Positions 42,248 through 53,661 are shown, counted from the first letter of the whole stretch. The stretch: 62,911 nt of DNA, filler included, from Licmophora abbreviata (GCA_900291995.1; 6 parts of 6 records of this genome joined end to end with filler, not necessarily neighbours in it); one strand, 5' to 3'. Numbers and translations are program-made. The notes: generated by a model not told the origin, from the letters alone.

Positions 42248-43711
42248 TTAAAGGTGAGTCGCCTTTTGAACTTCTTGTAGATAGGCAACCTCCTGGGCCA
42301 GCAATGGACGCGTTTCTTCCGCCTTTGTGTACCTCGCTTGCAGCAGAGGTTCGAGGAAGTGCGACACGGAGCGCACCAAGGCTTCCACCTCGATTCGAAG
42401 TTCTAGTACTCGAATGCAGCCACTGTATTGTTCTGTGACGGGATCTGTCTGAACTGTATTGCTCCCAACGACGTGTAAGAAGACTTGCGATCGTCGCATC
42501 TCAAATTCTTCAACACCGCGTTTCAGCATCGGATCGAGATGAATCTCGCCAAGTTTGATGGCTTTTTCTGGCTTTTCAATTGCCTTTCGATCCACCAATG
42601 AAGGATTCCACCATAGGCATAGCTTCTGACCGACATATTCTCGAATACCAATGTCTCCGACAATCCTCGTCAAGTTCGAAAAGACGAGCTCGCCGCAGCT
42701 CCACTCAAAGTGTGCGGATGCCGAATCGGTGGATGGCCGGAACGTGCGGCGAATATACTGCCTCGGGTCTGAATCATTGTTTACTACGGAAGACTCCTCA
42801 TCGACCACCACTAACGGAATGTCGTCGCACCGCTCATACTCTACGGGCCGACCGTACTCGTGATGAATGGTCGTCTTCGTTGTGTCCCCCTTCCTTGAGA
42901 ACATTGAACATCCAGACAGTCCACACCCATCTGTATACGGCGTCATGTAGAGTTCGGCATTTTGCAGTCGTCGTATCGCCATACGACGACCTATCTTGTG
43001 CAGGGCAACATGGTTGGTGCGCATCATGCAATAGACAGAAAATAGATCCAAATCCTCGCCCAGTCGATGCAAACGAACAATCTCGAGTACTTCTTCGAGT
43101 AGAGGGAAAGGAGGCACATGTGTTGTCGCCGTCGTACTAGGAGTAGGAGACTTCATCGTGTACTGTTTCTTGTACGGGTAGGCTTCATCCGAATCTTGAA
43201 GAGCATTCAAGGAAGCGTGCACGAGTTTCGGTGGCACTCCATCGATGCGACGCAGTCGAGTCTGGTGCTCGCGCACACATCCGAAAGGAAGTTCGTAGGT
43301 AAACTCGGATATCTGTCGGGCCGAACCATCTGCAACACAGGACTGGAAGTAGGAGTGAATGATCGGTTCCACTTTGTTGGCGTTTTCCTGGTGCGAGGAT
43401 GTGGACACCACAGCGATCGTCGTGTTGGTTTCACTATTGAACAACAGTCGGACGCCGCCATCCAGATCGTTGCACCGATCTTCAGAGTTCCTCAATTCTT
43501 GTTCCATCGAGTCAGCAGAAGACACCCCGAAGGTACTGCCGCTTTGATTCTCATCGTTTACAGCGCGTGAACAGCCCGCTAGTAGCGAAGGACTGCAGGA
43601 TGGACGACGAAAGCAGGTATTCTCGTCTTCTCCAAGACGCGATTCTGTCGGAGACGGCCTCAGACTCTCCTGCTCATCCGTACGCTCCCACCAGGCCCAC
43701 TCTTCATCCAT
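42248..43711 (-). CDS. Hypothetical protein (~490 aa)
   Basis: Long open frame (42248-43798) with first ATG at 43711; disordered N-half and globular-looking C-half; no confident domain. Confidence 0.65.
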   Translation of the reverse strand: MDEEWAWWERTDEQESLRPSPTESRLGEDENTCFRRPSCSPSLLAGCSRAVNDENQSGSTFGVSSADSMEQELRNSEDRCNDLDGGVRLLFNSETNTTIAVVSTSSHQENANKVEPIIHSYFQSCVADGSARQISEFTYELPFGCVREHQTRLRRIDGVPPKLVHASLNALQDSDEAYPYKKQYTMKSPTPSTTATTHVPPFPLLEEVLEIVRLHRLGEDLDLFSVYCMMRTNHVALHKIGRRMAIRRLQNAELYMTPYTDGCGLSGCSMFSRKGDTTKTTIHHEYGRPVEYERCDDIPLVVVDEESSVVNNDSDPRQYIRRTFRPSTDSASAHFEWSCGELVFSNLTRIVGDIGIREYVGQKLCLWWNPSLVDRKAIEKPEKAIKLGEIHLDPMLKRGVEEFEMRRSQVFLHVVGSNTVQTDPVTEQYSGCIRVLELRIEVEALVRSVSHFLEPLLQARYTKAEETRPLLAQEVAYLQEVQKATHL

Positions 43712-43916
43712 GGTGTCATCACCAGCGACCGCGTGCGTTTGCTTATAGAGTACACAGGTGGAACTGAGAGTAGAGAACTCGATGTTGTGAGTTGTCACGT
43801 TGTCACCCGCCCGAACTGTGATAACTTTTGGCGGGAAAGCTGCACTGCTTTACGGGGGGTGCACAGACCAACCGCCGGCGCGCGCGGCATCGGACGCCTT
43901 TCAGCACTACGATTGG

Positions 43917-44016
43917 NNNNNNNNNNNNNNNNNNNNNNNNNNNNNNNNNNNNNNNNNNNNTTAATTAATTAANNNNNNNNNNNNNNNNNNNNNNNNNNNN
44001 NNNNNNNNNNNNNNNN
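43917..44016. other. Artificial contig spacer
   Basis: N44-TTAATTAATTAA-N44. Confidence 0.99.
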
Positions 44017-44097
44017 CATCGGCGGGGTGACGGGGGCGGGAGTCATCGGAGAGGTGACAGGTGCAGGAGTCATCGGCGGGGTGACAGGAGCAGGTGT
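44017..44097 (-). repeat. 27-bp coding tandem repeat (at least 3 copies, TPAPVT[P/S]PM) running into the contig end
   Basis: Units begin catcgg at 44017, 44044 and 44071 on the + strand. Confidence 0.9.
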
Positions 44098-44787
44098 AGG
44101 GGGAGGATCCGCAGCGCAGCCAAGTGGAATGCATTGCGGCAGCTGGTCCTCGCCAACAATACAAAGATCGAAATTTCCCAAGTCTTGTGAGCACGGGGCG
44201 CAATCAGGACAATCGCTGTAAGCGCCACAGACGCCGACCTCGACGTCGTCGCATGTGGTTGGCATGAAGTCGGTGAGCGTAAGAGAAACACAAGCGAAGC
44301 AAGAATCGAGCTGCGTCTGCGTAAAGCCAGAGACCTGAAGACAGACATTGGCAGTGTCGAACTCATCTTCGCACTCGGATGGAATATCCGAAGTAGGAGC
44401 AGCAGCCGGAGCCGGCGTGGTTGCAGTAGGCGTTGGTCCAGCGGCATCGCATTCGAATCCAATGCAGGGACTGCCCTCTGAGTTTTGGACGCATTCTTCA
44501 AACGCACGTAGCCCTTCGCCACAGGGGCTGCAGTCGCTAGCGGAGCAAGCGTCGTACGCGCCACAAACTAGCATCTCGAACTCACCGCAAGTGGTTGGAT
44601 TGCCTTCGGATTCCGCTGCGAGGCAGTCGGTACAAACTCCGAGAGTAGCATCAGACCACCCAGCTCCAACCGCACAAGCCAAAAATAAATCGAGCTCGTC
44701 CTCACATTCGGGAGGGGTATCCTGGCCAGCCACGTGATTGAGGAGGAGGGCGAGGGAAAAGAGAAGAGAGGCGAAAGAGAACTGCAT
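44017..44787 (-). CDS. Secreted or cell-surface Cys-rich acidic protein with two tandem Cys domains and TPAPVTPPM repeats (3' end truncated by spacer)
   Basis: Signal peptide MQFSFASLLFSLALLLNHVAG-Q; two copies of PxECEDExD..C...C..C...PTTC...VCGAYxxC..DCxPC; Pro/Thr repeats. Confidence 0.88.
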
Positions 44788-45517
44788 GGTGGCGATAAGA
44801 GGAACTGCTTGCAAGAGAGATGGACGACCATGAGAGCAGAGTGTGAGTGTCTCGCTATGTGGATATCGTTCGCTTCATGCAGCATACTGGTACTAAAAAC
44901 TTGCTGCAAGTCAAAAGTCTAGGAGCCACTGGGCACACCGCGATCGTTGATACCTGGTAGTCTTACCTTGACAAGCGAGAAAGATGTCAACAAGGTGACA
45001 ACTACAATGATAGTCTAGGTTCCTGCGGCGTATGTTACCAGGTATGATACAGGAAAGGAAGTGAGGGATGACCTCTCGATGACCACGGTACGAACCTGCG
45101 GGGAGTGTACTATAGGGCCCATGAAGAAAGGTACTTTCAAAGATACGAGGAGATCGTGTTATCGCGTGTCAGCCGGCTGGCTGGCGCGTGGTTCGCAAAA
45201 AATGATACATTTCATGCAAGCAAGGCATGTCCAACGGACGTCGTCATGTGCAAGTCTACTTAAGACTTTCAGTATTTCAAAATATACAAATATTTGTGGC
45301 TGAGAATTGAGATTTGCACTTTACCAATATTATGTAGCGTACGTACGTCAACTGTGGAATGTATAGTATTCTAAATCCTGAGCCAGGTAGGCCTAGCTGG
45401 TATGATACTCTAGAGCTCAATCCCACCTTACTGTTAAAGTAGTCGTCCCTAGTCTTTGACTAGTGATCGCCTTTGAATAGGACGAGAACTATCCCTCGTT
45501 AGGTATACCTACCAAAC

Positions 45518-45534
45518 CACACACACACACACAC
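45518..45534. repeat. (CA)8 microsatellite
   Basis: cacacacacacacacac. Confidence 0.9.
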
Positions 45535-45749
45535 TGTATTGTATCCCTTTGAGACTTACTTTCTCACGAACCAGTTCGTACCTGGTACTCGAAAGGTACC
45601 GCTGATGCATCTACTCTTATCTCTCTAGAGCAGAGAGCACGCTACAAGGCGGTTAAAGTTTACTATTCTTGTCCTTCGCCGTTATCGTGTGGATGTTGCA
45701 TGTGGACACTATCGAATCCTGCGGCCCGCCTTTTTCCACAAATCTCTAG

Positions 45750-46145
45750 CTAGAGGCAAACATACAATTTGAAGTGGATCACCATCACCATACTAGCGAC
45801 CATAGCACAGAACACATGGGAAGTCTCCATCACACTTGGACCGGCGGATGTAGGGCCAGAAGGAGGCGCGGGCGCCTCCGTTTCGAACTCAGTAGGAGGA
45901 GCAATTGGAGCGCATGTCAACGGAGAAGCAGGAGCGGGCGTCATGGAGGGCGTTGTAGGCGGGGGTCCAACTACATCGCATGCAAACTCACAGCCAACGT
46001 TCGGTGTATTGTTTAAGACACATACTCTAAGCTCAAGAAACTCGTCACCGCAGGGCATGCATGCACCTACAGAGCAAATCTTGTACGAACTACAAACCTG
46101 CGCCACAAACTGTGCGCCAGTGGCTGGATTGCCCAAGCATGACTG
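45750..46145 (-). pseudogene. 5'-truncated paralogue of the adjacent Cys-rich surface protein, with GPI-signal-like tail
   Basis: GNPAT..F...VC..Y..C...CMPCG....LRVC......CEFACD aligns with the neighbour's domain; Pro/Thr stalk; hydrophobic C-terminus; no ATG or signal peptide upstream. Confidence 0.65.
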
Positions 46146-46166
46146 CTGGATTGCCCAAGCATGACT
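46123..46166. repeat. Perfect 22-bp tandem duplication
   Basis: gctggattgcccaagcatgact occurs twice in tandem. Confidence 0.95.
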
Positions 46167-46346
46167 GTTTACTCTAACAATATGTATCGTACGTACGTCA
46201 CTCCTGAAAAAGCATTTGGGTTCGGCGGGACCGGGACGCAACACCACACACTTGGTCTGTTTTTACCAATGTGGCCCTCAATTTCTGCTCATGTTTTGAG
46301 TTCAGCCCACCCACCATGGCCGCACCGGTATCATCTCAGCATCATC

Positions 46347-49083
46347 ATGTCTTCCTCGTCTTCTACAATTGAATCTCTCGTTTCCAAATCACTCGTTCCC
46401 CATGGTGTGGACTCGGATACGTGCGAGTACATAGCGTCGCTCCTTGTGGAAAACGACGGCGGCGATGGCGAGGATGAGAATGTCCGTGAGGCTGTGATGG
46501 AACTCGTCCGTGGGTCTGTACAAGATGAGGATGACAACGACGCGGTCGAGGAATTGTGCCAAGCGTTGTTTGTATCGCTACATGTTTCATCGGCTGACAA
46601 TGAAATTGGCGACAAAAGGATATCGGACGAGATACCGCGCAAGCTCGACCAGGCCGTGACAATGAAAAATCAACAAGAGGATCCGGCGCTGTCGTCGGCG
46701 GCGTTCGTGTTCGACGACGATGCTCATCTTGTTGACAGGCCAGAAGACAGTACCGCCTCGACTAAAGTGGCTGCATTCTATGCCAACATGATTGATATCA
46801 GTAGCAATACCGCCGCTCAATCGGAGCGTGCTCGTCGGAAACAACGACAAAAGGAACTGCGAGAGAGGATGGAACAAGAAGAACGGCAAAGGGCGGTAGA
46901 CGAAGCAATGATGGCCATGACGATGATGAGCAATGATGCGGATGGAAACAAGAACAACACAGCATCCAGCATGAACCACATGCTGGACACGTCTACGAGC
47001 ACTGCTACACTCGATGTGCATTTCAAGAATTTCGACTTGCCGAATCTACGCGGCGGCGGGCCGAACCTGTTGGACAATGCCAGTCTCACGCTCTCGCGAG
47101 GCCGGCGCTACGGTTTGATGGGTAGAAATGGTTGTGGGAAGACGACACTGATGACATTTATTGCGAGTCGATCGGTTCCGGACGCTGTCCCCCAACAGAT
47201 GAACATGTTGCTGGTGCGACAGGAAATCATGGGCAACGACTTGTCGGCTGTCGAGACGGTGTTGAAGAGTGATGTAAAACGCGAGTCAGTAAAACGAGTC
47301 ATTGCGTGGTGTGAAGATGAGATTCAGAAATTGGAACAAGAGAGTGTCGTACAAGTCAATGACCATGTTGTTGACGAAGCGTCAAAGGTGGAAGCAACTA
47401 CTGACGATAGCAAGCACGGCAAGAGCCGACAAAAACTGCGCGATCGAAAACGGCAGAATATGCAAAAGGCTGCCAGGGCCAAGGCTGCCGCTAGTGTCAA
47501 GACCAAGAATGAGGAAGAATCGAAAGAGGCAAAGAGAACAAGACTCAATGAGACGCTGGTGCGAGCTTATGAACGGATGGCTCAGATTGAAGAGGACGAA
47601 GGAGGCGACCCGGAATCGAGGGCGCGCAAAGTCTTGGCAGGGCTCGGGTTCTCGGAAGAGATGCAGAACAAGTCGACAAAGGAGCTATCGGGAGGTTGGA
47701 GGATGCGGGTTAGTTTATCATGCGCCCTTTTTGCGAATCCTTCACTGCTCCTACTGGACGAGCCGACGAATGTACGTAGTCTACCAACCATTCGCTAGCG
47801 GCGTGCTGTGCAATTGCCCGAGTCGACCGCGTTTCTCACTGGCCTCTTTTGTGTAGCATTTGGATCTAGAGGCAGTATTATGGCTTCAGGCGTATCTGAC
47901 TTCCAAGTTTACCGGAACGCTTGTGGTTGTTTCACACGACCGTCATTTTCTGAACGAAGTTGTCACCGACGTTGTGCACTTTTACAGGAGCAGACTCACG
48001 ACGTATCGCGGTGATATTTCTAGTTTTGAGGCTGTTCGAGACGATGATAAACAACGACAGATCCGCCTTCGGGAAATCCAAGAGACGAAACGGGCGCACC
48101 TGCAAAAGTACATTGACCTACACGCTCAGTCGGGAGAGAATGGACCCAAGGCGGCCAGACAGAGGAAGTCGAAGATGAAGAAACTTGACAAGCTTGGTGT
48201 GATGGCACAGGATGGCAAAAAGTGGAAGGCTTCTTATGATGGAGATGCAGAAGAGGTGGAAGAGTACATGGAAGACGACACCGTCGAGCTTCGCTTTCCC
48301 GACCCGGGATCGTTTGATGGTGATATTGTCAGATTGGAGCAAGTCAAGTTCGGCTACACGCCGGATCGTATCTTGCTAGATGACGTGGACTTAAGCATTT
48401 CGTTGAAGTCGCGATGTGCGTTGCTAGGTCGGAATGGAACAGGAAAATCAACCTTGATCAAGCTCGTGGTGGGAGCACTGCGGCCTCTCAAGGGCAAGGC
48501 CGTCATATCTGGAAAGGCCAAGATTGAGTATCTGGCACAGCATCAGCTTGAGCAGCTCGATCCAGACGGCACTCCGCTTCAGACAATGATTGATCGATAT
48601 CCTGGCGATCATAGCAACTCCCACATCGGAGAATTGCGCCGGTATCTGGCGAACTTTGGACTCGGTGGTGAGGTCCTCCCCGTACAGAAGATTCACACCA
48701 TGAGTGGAGGACAGAAGTGTCGAGTGTGCCTGGCGGCTGCCATGTACAGGAAGCCGCACTTGCTGATTCTTGACGAGGTATGCACGGTCTTATTAGATTT
48801 ATTATTGCTCGACTGGCGGTGTTCTCTTTGCTCACCTGTCCTCGCTTTTCGTTGACAGCCGACCAATCATCTTGATTTGGAGACTACCGAGGCACTAATA
48901 GAAGCAATCCGGCAGTTCGCGGGAGGAGTACTACTCGTCAGTCACGACCAGCATCTGCTTACGAGTGTTTGTAAGGATTTGATTGTCGTAGAAAAAGGTA
49001 GAATTGAGATGTTGACACGAATGAGCTCCAACAAGGACGCCTTCAAAGAATATAAGAAAGCCGTCGTCCTCGGAAGGAGATAG
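46347..49083 (+). CDS. ABC-F family ATPase (ABCF3/GCN20-like)
   Basis: Two NBDs (GRNGCGKT/LSGGW/LLDEPTNHLD and GRNGTGKS/MSGGQ/ILDEPTNHLD), no TM domain. Introns 47772-47856 and 48778-48858. Confidence 0.95.
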
Positions 49084-49128
49084 CTTGCTGCGATACGAGG
49101 GCCCAAAGGAAGACTCATCACAAATCCG

Positions 49129-49474
49129 TCACAGCCTAGAGTTTAGCGTGAAAGTAAGACTCTGACTGAAATTCGCTCCTTGTGATATGCATTGCGTTTT
49201 CTTAAAGAACGTGGCAGCTTCGTTCAGCCGGGGAATCAGGGAACAAAGCATGAATGCGTTTCGAATCCGTCTGTCCAGTGGCGCCAGCCGTCGGGCGTAC
49301 TCCCCAGCCTCCTTGTAATAGCTGACTCGCGCGAGGTTTGCCGGGGGCTCTTCTAACAACGGCGAGTCACACGAAACGAAGTCCTCCGGCAGCTTCTTCA
49401 TGTAAAAGTAATACCTGCCGAGCTTGTAGTAGTTGTTGGGGCGAACTGTATGCGGCATGGCCTGATATGATTTG
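49129..49474 (-). CDS. Peptidyl-serine alpha-galactosyltransferase (SERGT1)-like, C-terminal fragment (5' end truncated by spacer)
   Basis: KLPEDFVSCDSPLLEEPP...RNAFMLCSLIPRLNEAATFFKK matches the C-terminal pattern I recall for this family. Confidence 0.65.
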
Positions 49475-49574
49475 NNNNNNNNNNNNNNNNNNNNNNNNNN
49501 NNNNNNNNNNNNNNNNNNTTAATTAATTAANNNNNNNNNNNNNNNNNNNNNNNNNNNNNNNNNNNNNNNNNNNN
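49475..49574. other. Artificial contig spacer
   Basis: N44-TTAATTAATTAA-N44. Confidence 0.99.
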
Positions 49575-49785
49575 CGGAACCTCGTTGATCGTGATGAATT
49601 CTCAATTCGTCAAGTCTCGTTGTCTAGTCTTGTTTTGACGCGCGATGTGCGACATGCGGTCACCGGTCACTATCATACATTTTGATGATCGCGGCCACCT
49701 GGCCATTGGACGAAGAAGAATACACAGCTTAACGCAACTCGACCCCAGCAGCTTCGAAGTAAGATTTTTTATTTTAAGACTCTCC

Positions 49786-51369
49786 ATGCTCTCCTCTCGA
49801 AGGGTAGAACTCCCTCAAGGCCATCTAGGCGTCACATTCCGAGGCCGCCCTCCTCGAATTTCAGCCATTAGCAGGGATTCGCCACTACGCGATGTCCTTC
49901 AGGTTGGGCAGTATCCTGTGGCGCTCATCACTCCGTCACTAGAGCTATACAACTTTGATCACGTCATTACGTTGACGAAGTATTTGGTTAACATGTCTGG
50001 TCACCAGCGAATTTTGGAGGTTTCGGACGCGTGGGCGGAGGCTCGAAGTGAAGACCCGACCACATTCCGCTTGACGATTCGACCTTATCTCTACCTTGGC
50101 CTCCAGTTTAGTGAGAACAACCAAAATCGCAATGGCCTAGTGATCAATCAGATTCTGGACGATTCTCCCCTAAAAAAATCACTCGAAAAAGGTCTCGTTT
50201 TGAAGCAAATACTCATTCCTGGAGAGCGAGTCGAGCAGGGTCCAGCCCTGACACCAAGAAAAGCAATGAGTGCGTTGACGCGGTCTCAGGACAAAAGTGG
50301 GCGCGTCTTGATCTTCCACAAAGAAGAGCAGGTTATGGTGCAGGCAATGCCAGACTTATCTGTTGCAGAATTGGATAACTCTGTACCAGCCGAAGTGGTC
50401 GGGGGAACCGGCCGTCGAGACGTAGTGTGGGATCCAACAGACAACGCTGCGCAGGCCACGGCCGTTGAATTTACGTCGACAGAATCAAGTACACACGACC
50501 ACGTGTCTCGCACCGACGGCCTTGACCAGGTTTTATCGTGGGAGACGGAAGATCGATCCTCGCGGCTGCCGGACGAAGCCCCGAGTGGACCAGTTAGGAG
50601 CTCACTACCCCGTGCTACGTCGGCAGTGGCCGTTCCCGTGAGACACTCGCTTATTCGGGATGCTCCAATGGCAGCAGTCGTCTCAGAAAGTTCATCGAGT
50701 GGACAAAGTAATGTCCAGGAGCGTCGGCGCGGCAGCAAACTGCAAACACATATTGATGGTTCTCACGCCCAGCTCCTGACTGTGACGCTATGGCCCGACC
50801 AACTAGTTAAGGCAAGTTCCGGAAGCATGCTTTACATGACCGATGGTGTTCACATGATCCCGACGAAACAAAATTATTCTGCAGAACTCCGATCTGGCTC
50901 TCGTGTCGCTTTGACTGAGTTCTACTACAAAGACGAGAGATTTCCCTCCGGCCAGGTCGCGTTTGGGTTTACGAATTCCTCTAAAATTTTGAGTTTGAAT
51001 CTAAATGAGCTTGGAGGTAAAGTCATATATCAATGTGGGGCTCTTCTCTGCTGCGAGCAGTCTATGTCCGTTAAGGTCGAGTTTGCCGTGTCCCCTGAAA
51101 CGTTCGGTGGCGAAGGAATCATTCTGCACGCAATTGAGGGTACGGGAACAGTCTTCTTGTGCGGCGGCGGCTTCCTAGTAGAGAAAGTATTGCAAGACGG
51201 CGAGAAACTACAATGCTCTTCAAGTGCGTTAATGGCATTTGCACAATCCGTGCTCTTTGTCGTGGAACTGATGAGCGATACGCATCGGGAAGACACTCCC
51301 ATGATGTTGACCCTCACTGGGCCCGGTAAAGTATGGATGGCACGATCCCCGCTAGTTGGTCGGAGATAG
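49786..51369 (+). CDS. Two degenerate PDZ-like domains fused to an AIM24 (TRAP-like) domain
   Basis: GHLGVTF..PPRISAISRDSPL and LGLQF..GLVINQILDDSPL; AIM24 motifs SGSMLYMTDGV, GGEG....IEGTGTVFLCGGG, LTGPGKVWM. Confidence 0.75.
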   Translation: MLSSRRVELPQGHLGVTFRGRPPRISAISRDSPLRDVLQVGQYPVALITPSLELYNFDHVITLTKYLVNMSGHQRILEVSDAWAEARSEDPTTFRLTIRPYLYLGLQFSENNQNRNGLVINQILDDSPLKKSLEKGLVLKQILIPGERVEQGPALTPRKAMSALTRSQDKSGRVLIFHKEEQVMVQAMPDLSVAELDNSVPAEVVGGTGRRDVVWDPTDNAAQATAVEFTSTESSTHDHVSRTDGLDQVLSWETEDRSSRLPDEAPSGPVRSSLPRATSAVAVPVRHSLIRDAPMAAVVSESSSSGQSNVQERRRGSKLQTHIDGSHAQLLTVTLWPDQLVKASSGSMLYMTDGVHMIPTKQNYSAELRSGSRVALTEFYYKDERFPSGQVAFGFTNSSKILSLNLNELGGKVIYQCGALLCCEQSMSVKVEFAVSPETFGGEGIILHAIEGTGTVFLCGGGFLVEKVLQDGEKLQCSSSALMAFAQSVLFVVELMSDTHREDTPMMLTLTGPGKVWMARSPLVGRR

Positions 51370-51441
51370 ATACACAAACGACTATTAAGCGCAGTGCTAT
51401 CTGGACAGATAGTAATATTCCTATACTTTAAAGACTCTCCT

Positions 51442-53661
51442 TTACACTTCGATTCTTTCGCCAATCTTGACTCCGGCAAAGCCCTCTTCCTCCATTGCTA
51501 CAAAGCCGAATACCTCGCAAAAGAAAAAATACTCACTAAGCAGTGCGTGGCGGATATTGTCCGACTTGCGAAAACCGTGCTGTTCGCCCTTATACAGAAC
51601 AAGCGACGTAGGAACGAATTTCTCCTTGAGTGCCCGAAACATGGCTTCAGCTTGACTCGGCGGTACGACTTTGTCTTCTGTACCTTGCAAGAGAATGCAC
51701 GGACAGTCGAGCTTGTCAATGTGCAACGCTGGAGCCCGCTTGTCATAAACAGCCTTGGCTTCTGGGTATGGTCCAATGAGACGATCCATGTAGCGGCTCT
51801 CAAACTTGTGCGTCTCCTTCGCCAGCATGGATAAGTCACCGATTCCATATTTGCTGGCTCCCGCTTGGAAGGTGTTGGAAAATGTCAATGCAGCCAGAGT
51901 GGTGTACCCACCGGCACTGCTTCCATCGATGCAGATCCAATCTTTGTTTACGACATTTTGTTGACTGCATGCAGCGCGATGGACATCGTCGACATCCCGC
52001 AGTCCCCAATTGCCAAGCAGACTGTTTTGATAGTCCTTTCCATAGCCAGAACTTCCTCCATAGTCCACGTCCAACACAGCAAAGCCTCGACTCGTCCAAA
52101 ACTGAATATCCAGACGAAACGTTGTCGACGTTCGGGCCGTCGGTCCACCATGCACCTTGACCAACATGGGTGGCTTGAATTTGCTCTCTTCCCACTCGGC
52201 TTCCCACTCGGCTTCCAAGTCGGCACGAAGATTGTTGGGAGGATAAAAGTAAGCGTAGCATCGTCCGGTGCTTCGAGGACGATTCGTGGACGAGATCGCG
52301 TAAGTGAAGGTTGGTAGCGACATGAATTTCTGCAGCTCGGTCAAGTTGTCAACCGACAGCGACGATACGACCTGTTGGGCTTGTTCAGTCTCGTCTCCTG
52401 ACAAATTCCAACACCATATTGCATTCGGCTGCGTCACATCGCCCCCACAAAAGAAGAGCCGCCCATCGTTGCAGCCGCACAGAGAACCGATATTGGCTGG
52501 AAGAGATGTCATATCTCTGGTGCAATATTCGACTACATTGTTGTTGTCGGCAATGTCCATAACCACAACGACAGAACATTCTTTCACACGATCTGTATAC
52601 GTCGCACACAGCTTGTCGTCATCCTTCAGAAATGTAAAACAAGGCGTATGGAGCATCCACCCACTCATAGACTCGGAAAAGTCCGCTTGCTTTGGGTAAA
52701 TATTTGAAACGCCACTATCCTGATTGTACACATGCAGATTGTACCATCCCGATTTATTGCTGAGAAAGTAGAGTTCACTCTTGTGCCATTGCGGGGCATA
52801 GATGCTGATATCCATACCTATTCCACCATGAATGATGTGTTTCGAATCATCGTCTTGTAGCAGTGATTCACTTGCTAGTAGTATATTTTGGACTTTGTCT
52901 AGGTGTACGACACAGAGACTGGTACTGTCCCAGGGCATGTTGGGATGATCCCACGCAATGTAGGCAAGTCGGCCTGTCGCAGCATCATAGGCCGGCGCCG
53001 CGTAAAAGTCGTGACCAGAGCACAGTGTCGTAATGCTCCCATCTCGACCCAATCGTACAATCGAATTCGTGACGGTACTGGAAGCAGGATCGTCATGCGG
53101 AGAATGCTCTTCCATGATGGCAATCAGAGCAAAGTCGTGAGTCGAAGTAGTAGAAGTGTCTGTGCTACTGGTATCGTCGCCAATGAGTGGAACGATACAA
53201 AAGTCGGCAAAGCGGCGGTGCCCCTTCGCCGCCGTTGTCTCTTTGTTTGCCGCGGGTGGGTAGATTCGTGTCGACACAATCTTTTCCTCGTTATCATCGA
53301 CTGCGTCCTGCGGACTCGCATGGTAGACTGCATGGGTAGGAAAGTCGGTATACACGACGCCACCTCCGACAGGAACGACGACAAAGGACCCACCACCGTA
53401 TTCGTGTACGGCCGACCGAACATTGTGCTGGGAGGGTGTATGCGTAACGACTGTCGTTTGCTTCTGCCCATCCACAGACTGGACGGTACTTTTACCACCC
53501 TTGCTGGGATCACTGCAGCGATAATAGACACGCCCCTCTGCAGTCTGAACATCGGAAAAGGATACTCCGGCGAGAGCAACCACGTCGGCCGTAATGAGCG
53601 AAGGCTCTGCCGTCAGTTGGATCTTTTTGGAACTCGCAGCAGGAAAAGAGGTGGAGGACAT
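51442..53661 (-). CDS. S9 family (prolyl oligopeptidase/acylaminoacyl-peptidase-like) serine peptidase
   Basis: VHEYGGG, WDHPNMPWD, HGGPT, DYGGSSGYG, GSSAGG, DKVVP, EQHGF (Ser-Asp-His triad intact); intronless. Confidence 0.95.
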   Translation of the reverse strand: MSSTSFPAASSKKIQLTAEPSLITADVVALAGVSFSDVQTAEGRVYYRCSDPSKGGKSTVQSVDGQKQTTVVTHTPSQHNVRSAVHEYGGGSFVVVPVGGGVVYTDFPTHAVYHASPQDAVDDNEEKIVSTRIYPPAANKETTAAKGHRRFADFCIVPLIGDDTSSTDTSTTSTHDFALIAIMEEHSPHDDPASSTVTNSIVRLGRDGSITTLCSGHDFYAAPAYDAATGRLAYIAWDHPNMPWDSTSLCVVHLDKVQNILLASESLLQDDDSKHIIHGGIGMDISIYAPQWHKSELYFLSNKSGWYNLHVYNQDSGVSNIYPKQADFSESMSGWMLHTPCFTFLKDDDKLCATYTDRVKECSVVVVMDIADNNNVVEYCTRDMTSLPANIGSLCGCNDGRLFFCGGDVTQPNAIWCWNLSGDETEQAQQVVSSLSVDNLTELQKFMSLPTFTYAISSTNRPRSTGRCYAYFYPPNNLRADLEAEWEAEWEESKFKPPMLVKVHGGPTARTSTTFRLDIQFWTSRGFAVLDVDYGGSSGYGKDYQNSLLGNWGLRDVDDVHRAACSQQNVVNKDWICIDGSSAGGYTTLAALTFSNTFQAGASKYGIGDLSMLAKETHKFESRYMDRLIGPYPEAKAVYDKRAPALHIDKLDCPCILLQGTEDKVVPPSQAEAMFRALKEKFVPTSLVLYKGEQHGFRKSDNIRHALLSEYFFFCEVFGFVAMEEEGFAGVKIGERIEV

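Noticed and set aside
42990..43115. Possible F-box-like helix (PLLEEVLEIV..DLDLFSV) in the hypothetical protein
   Set aside because: Match too weak to assert without a profile search.
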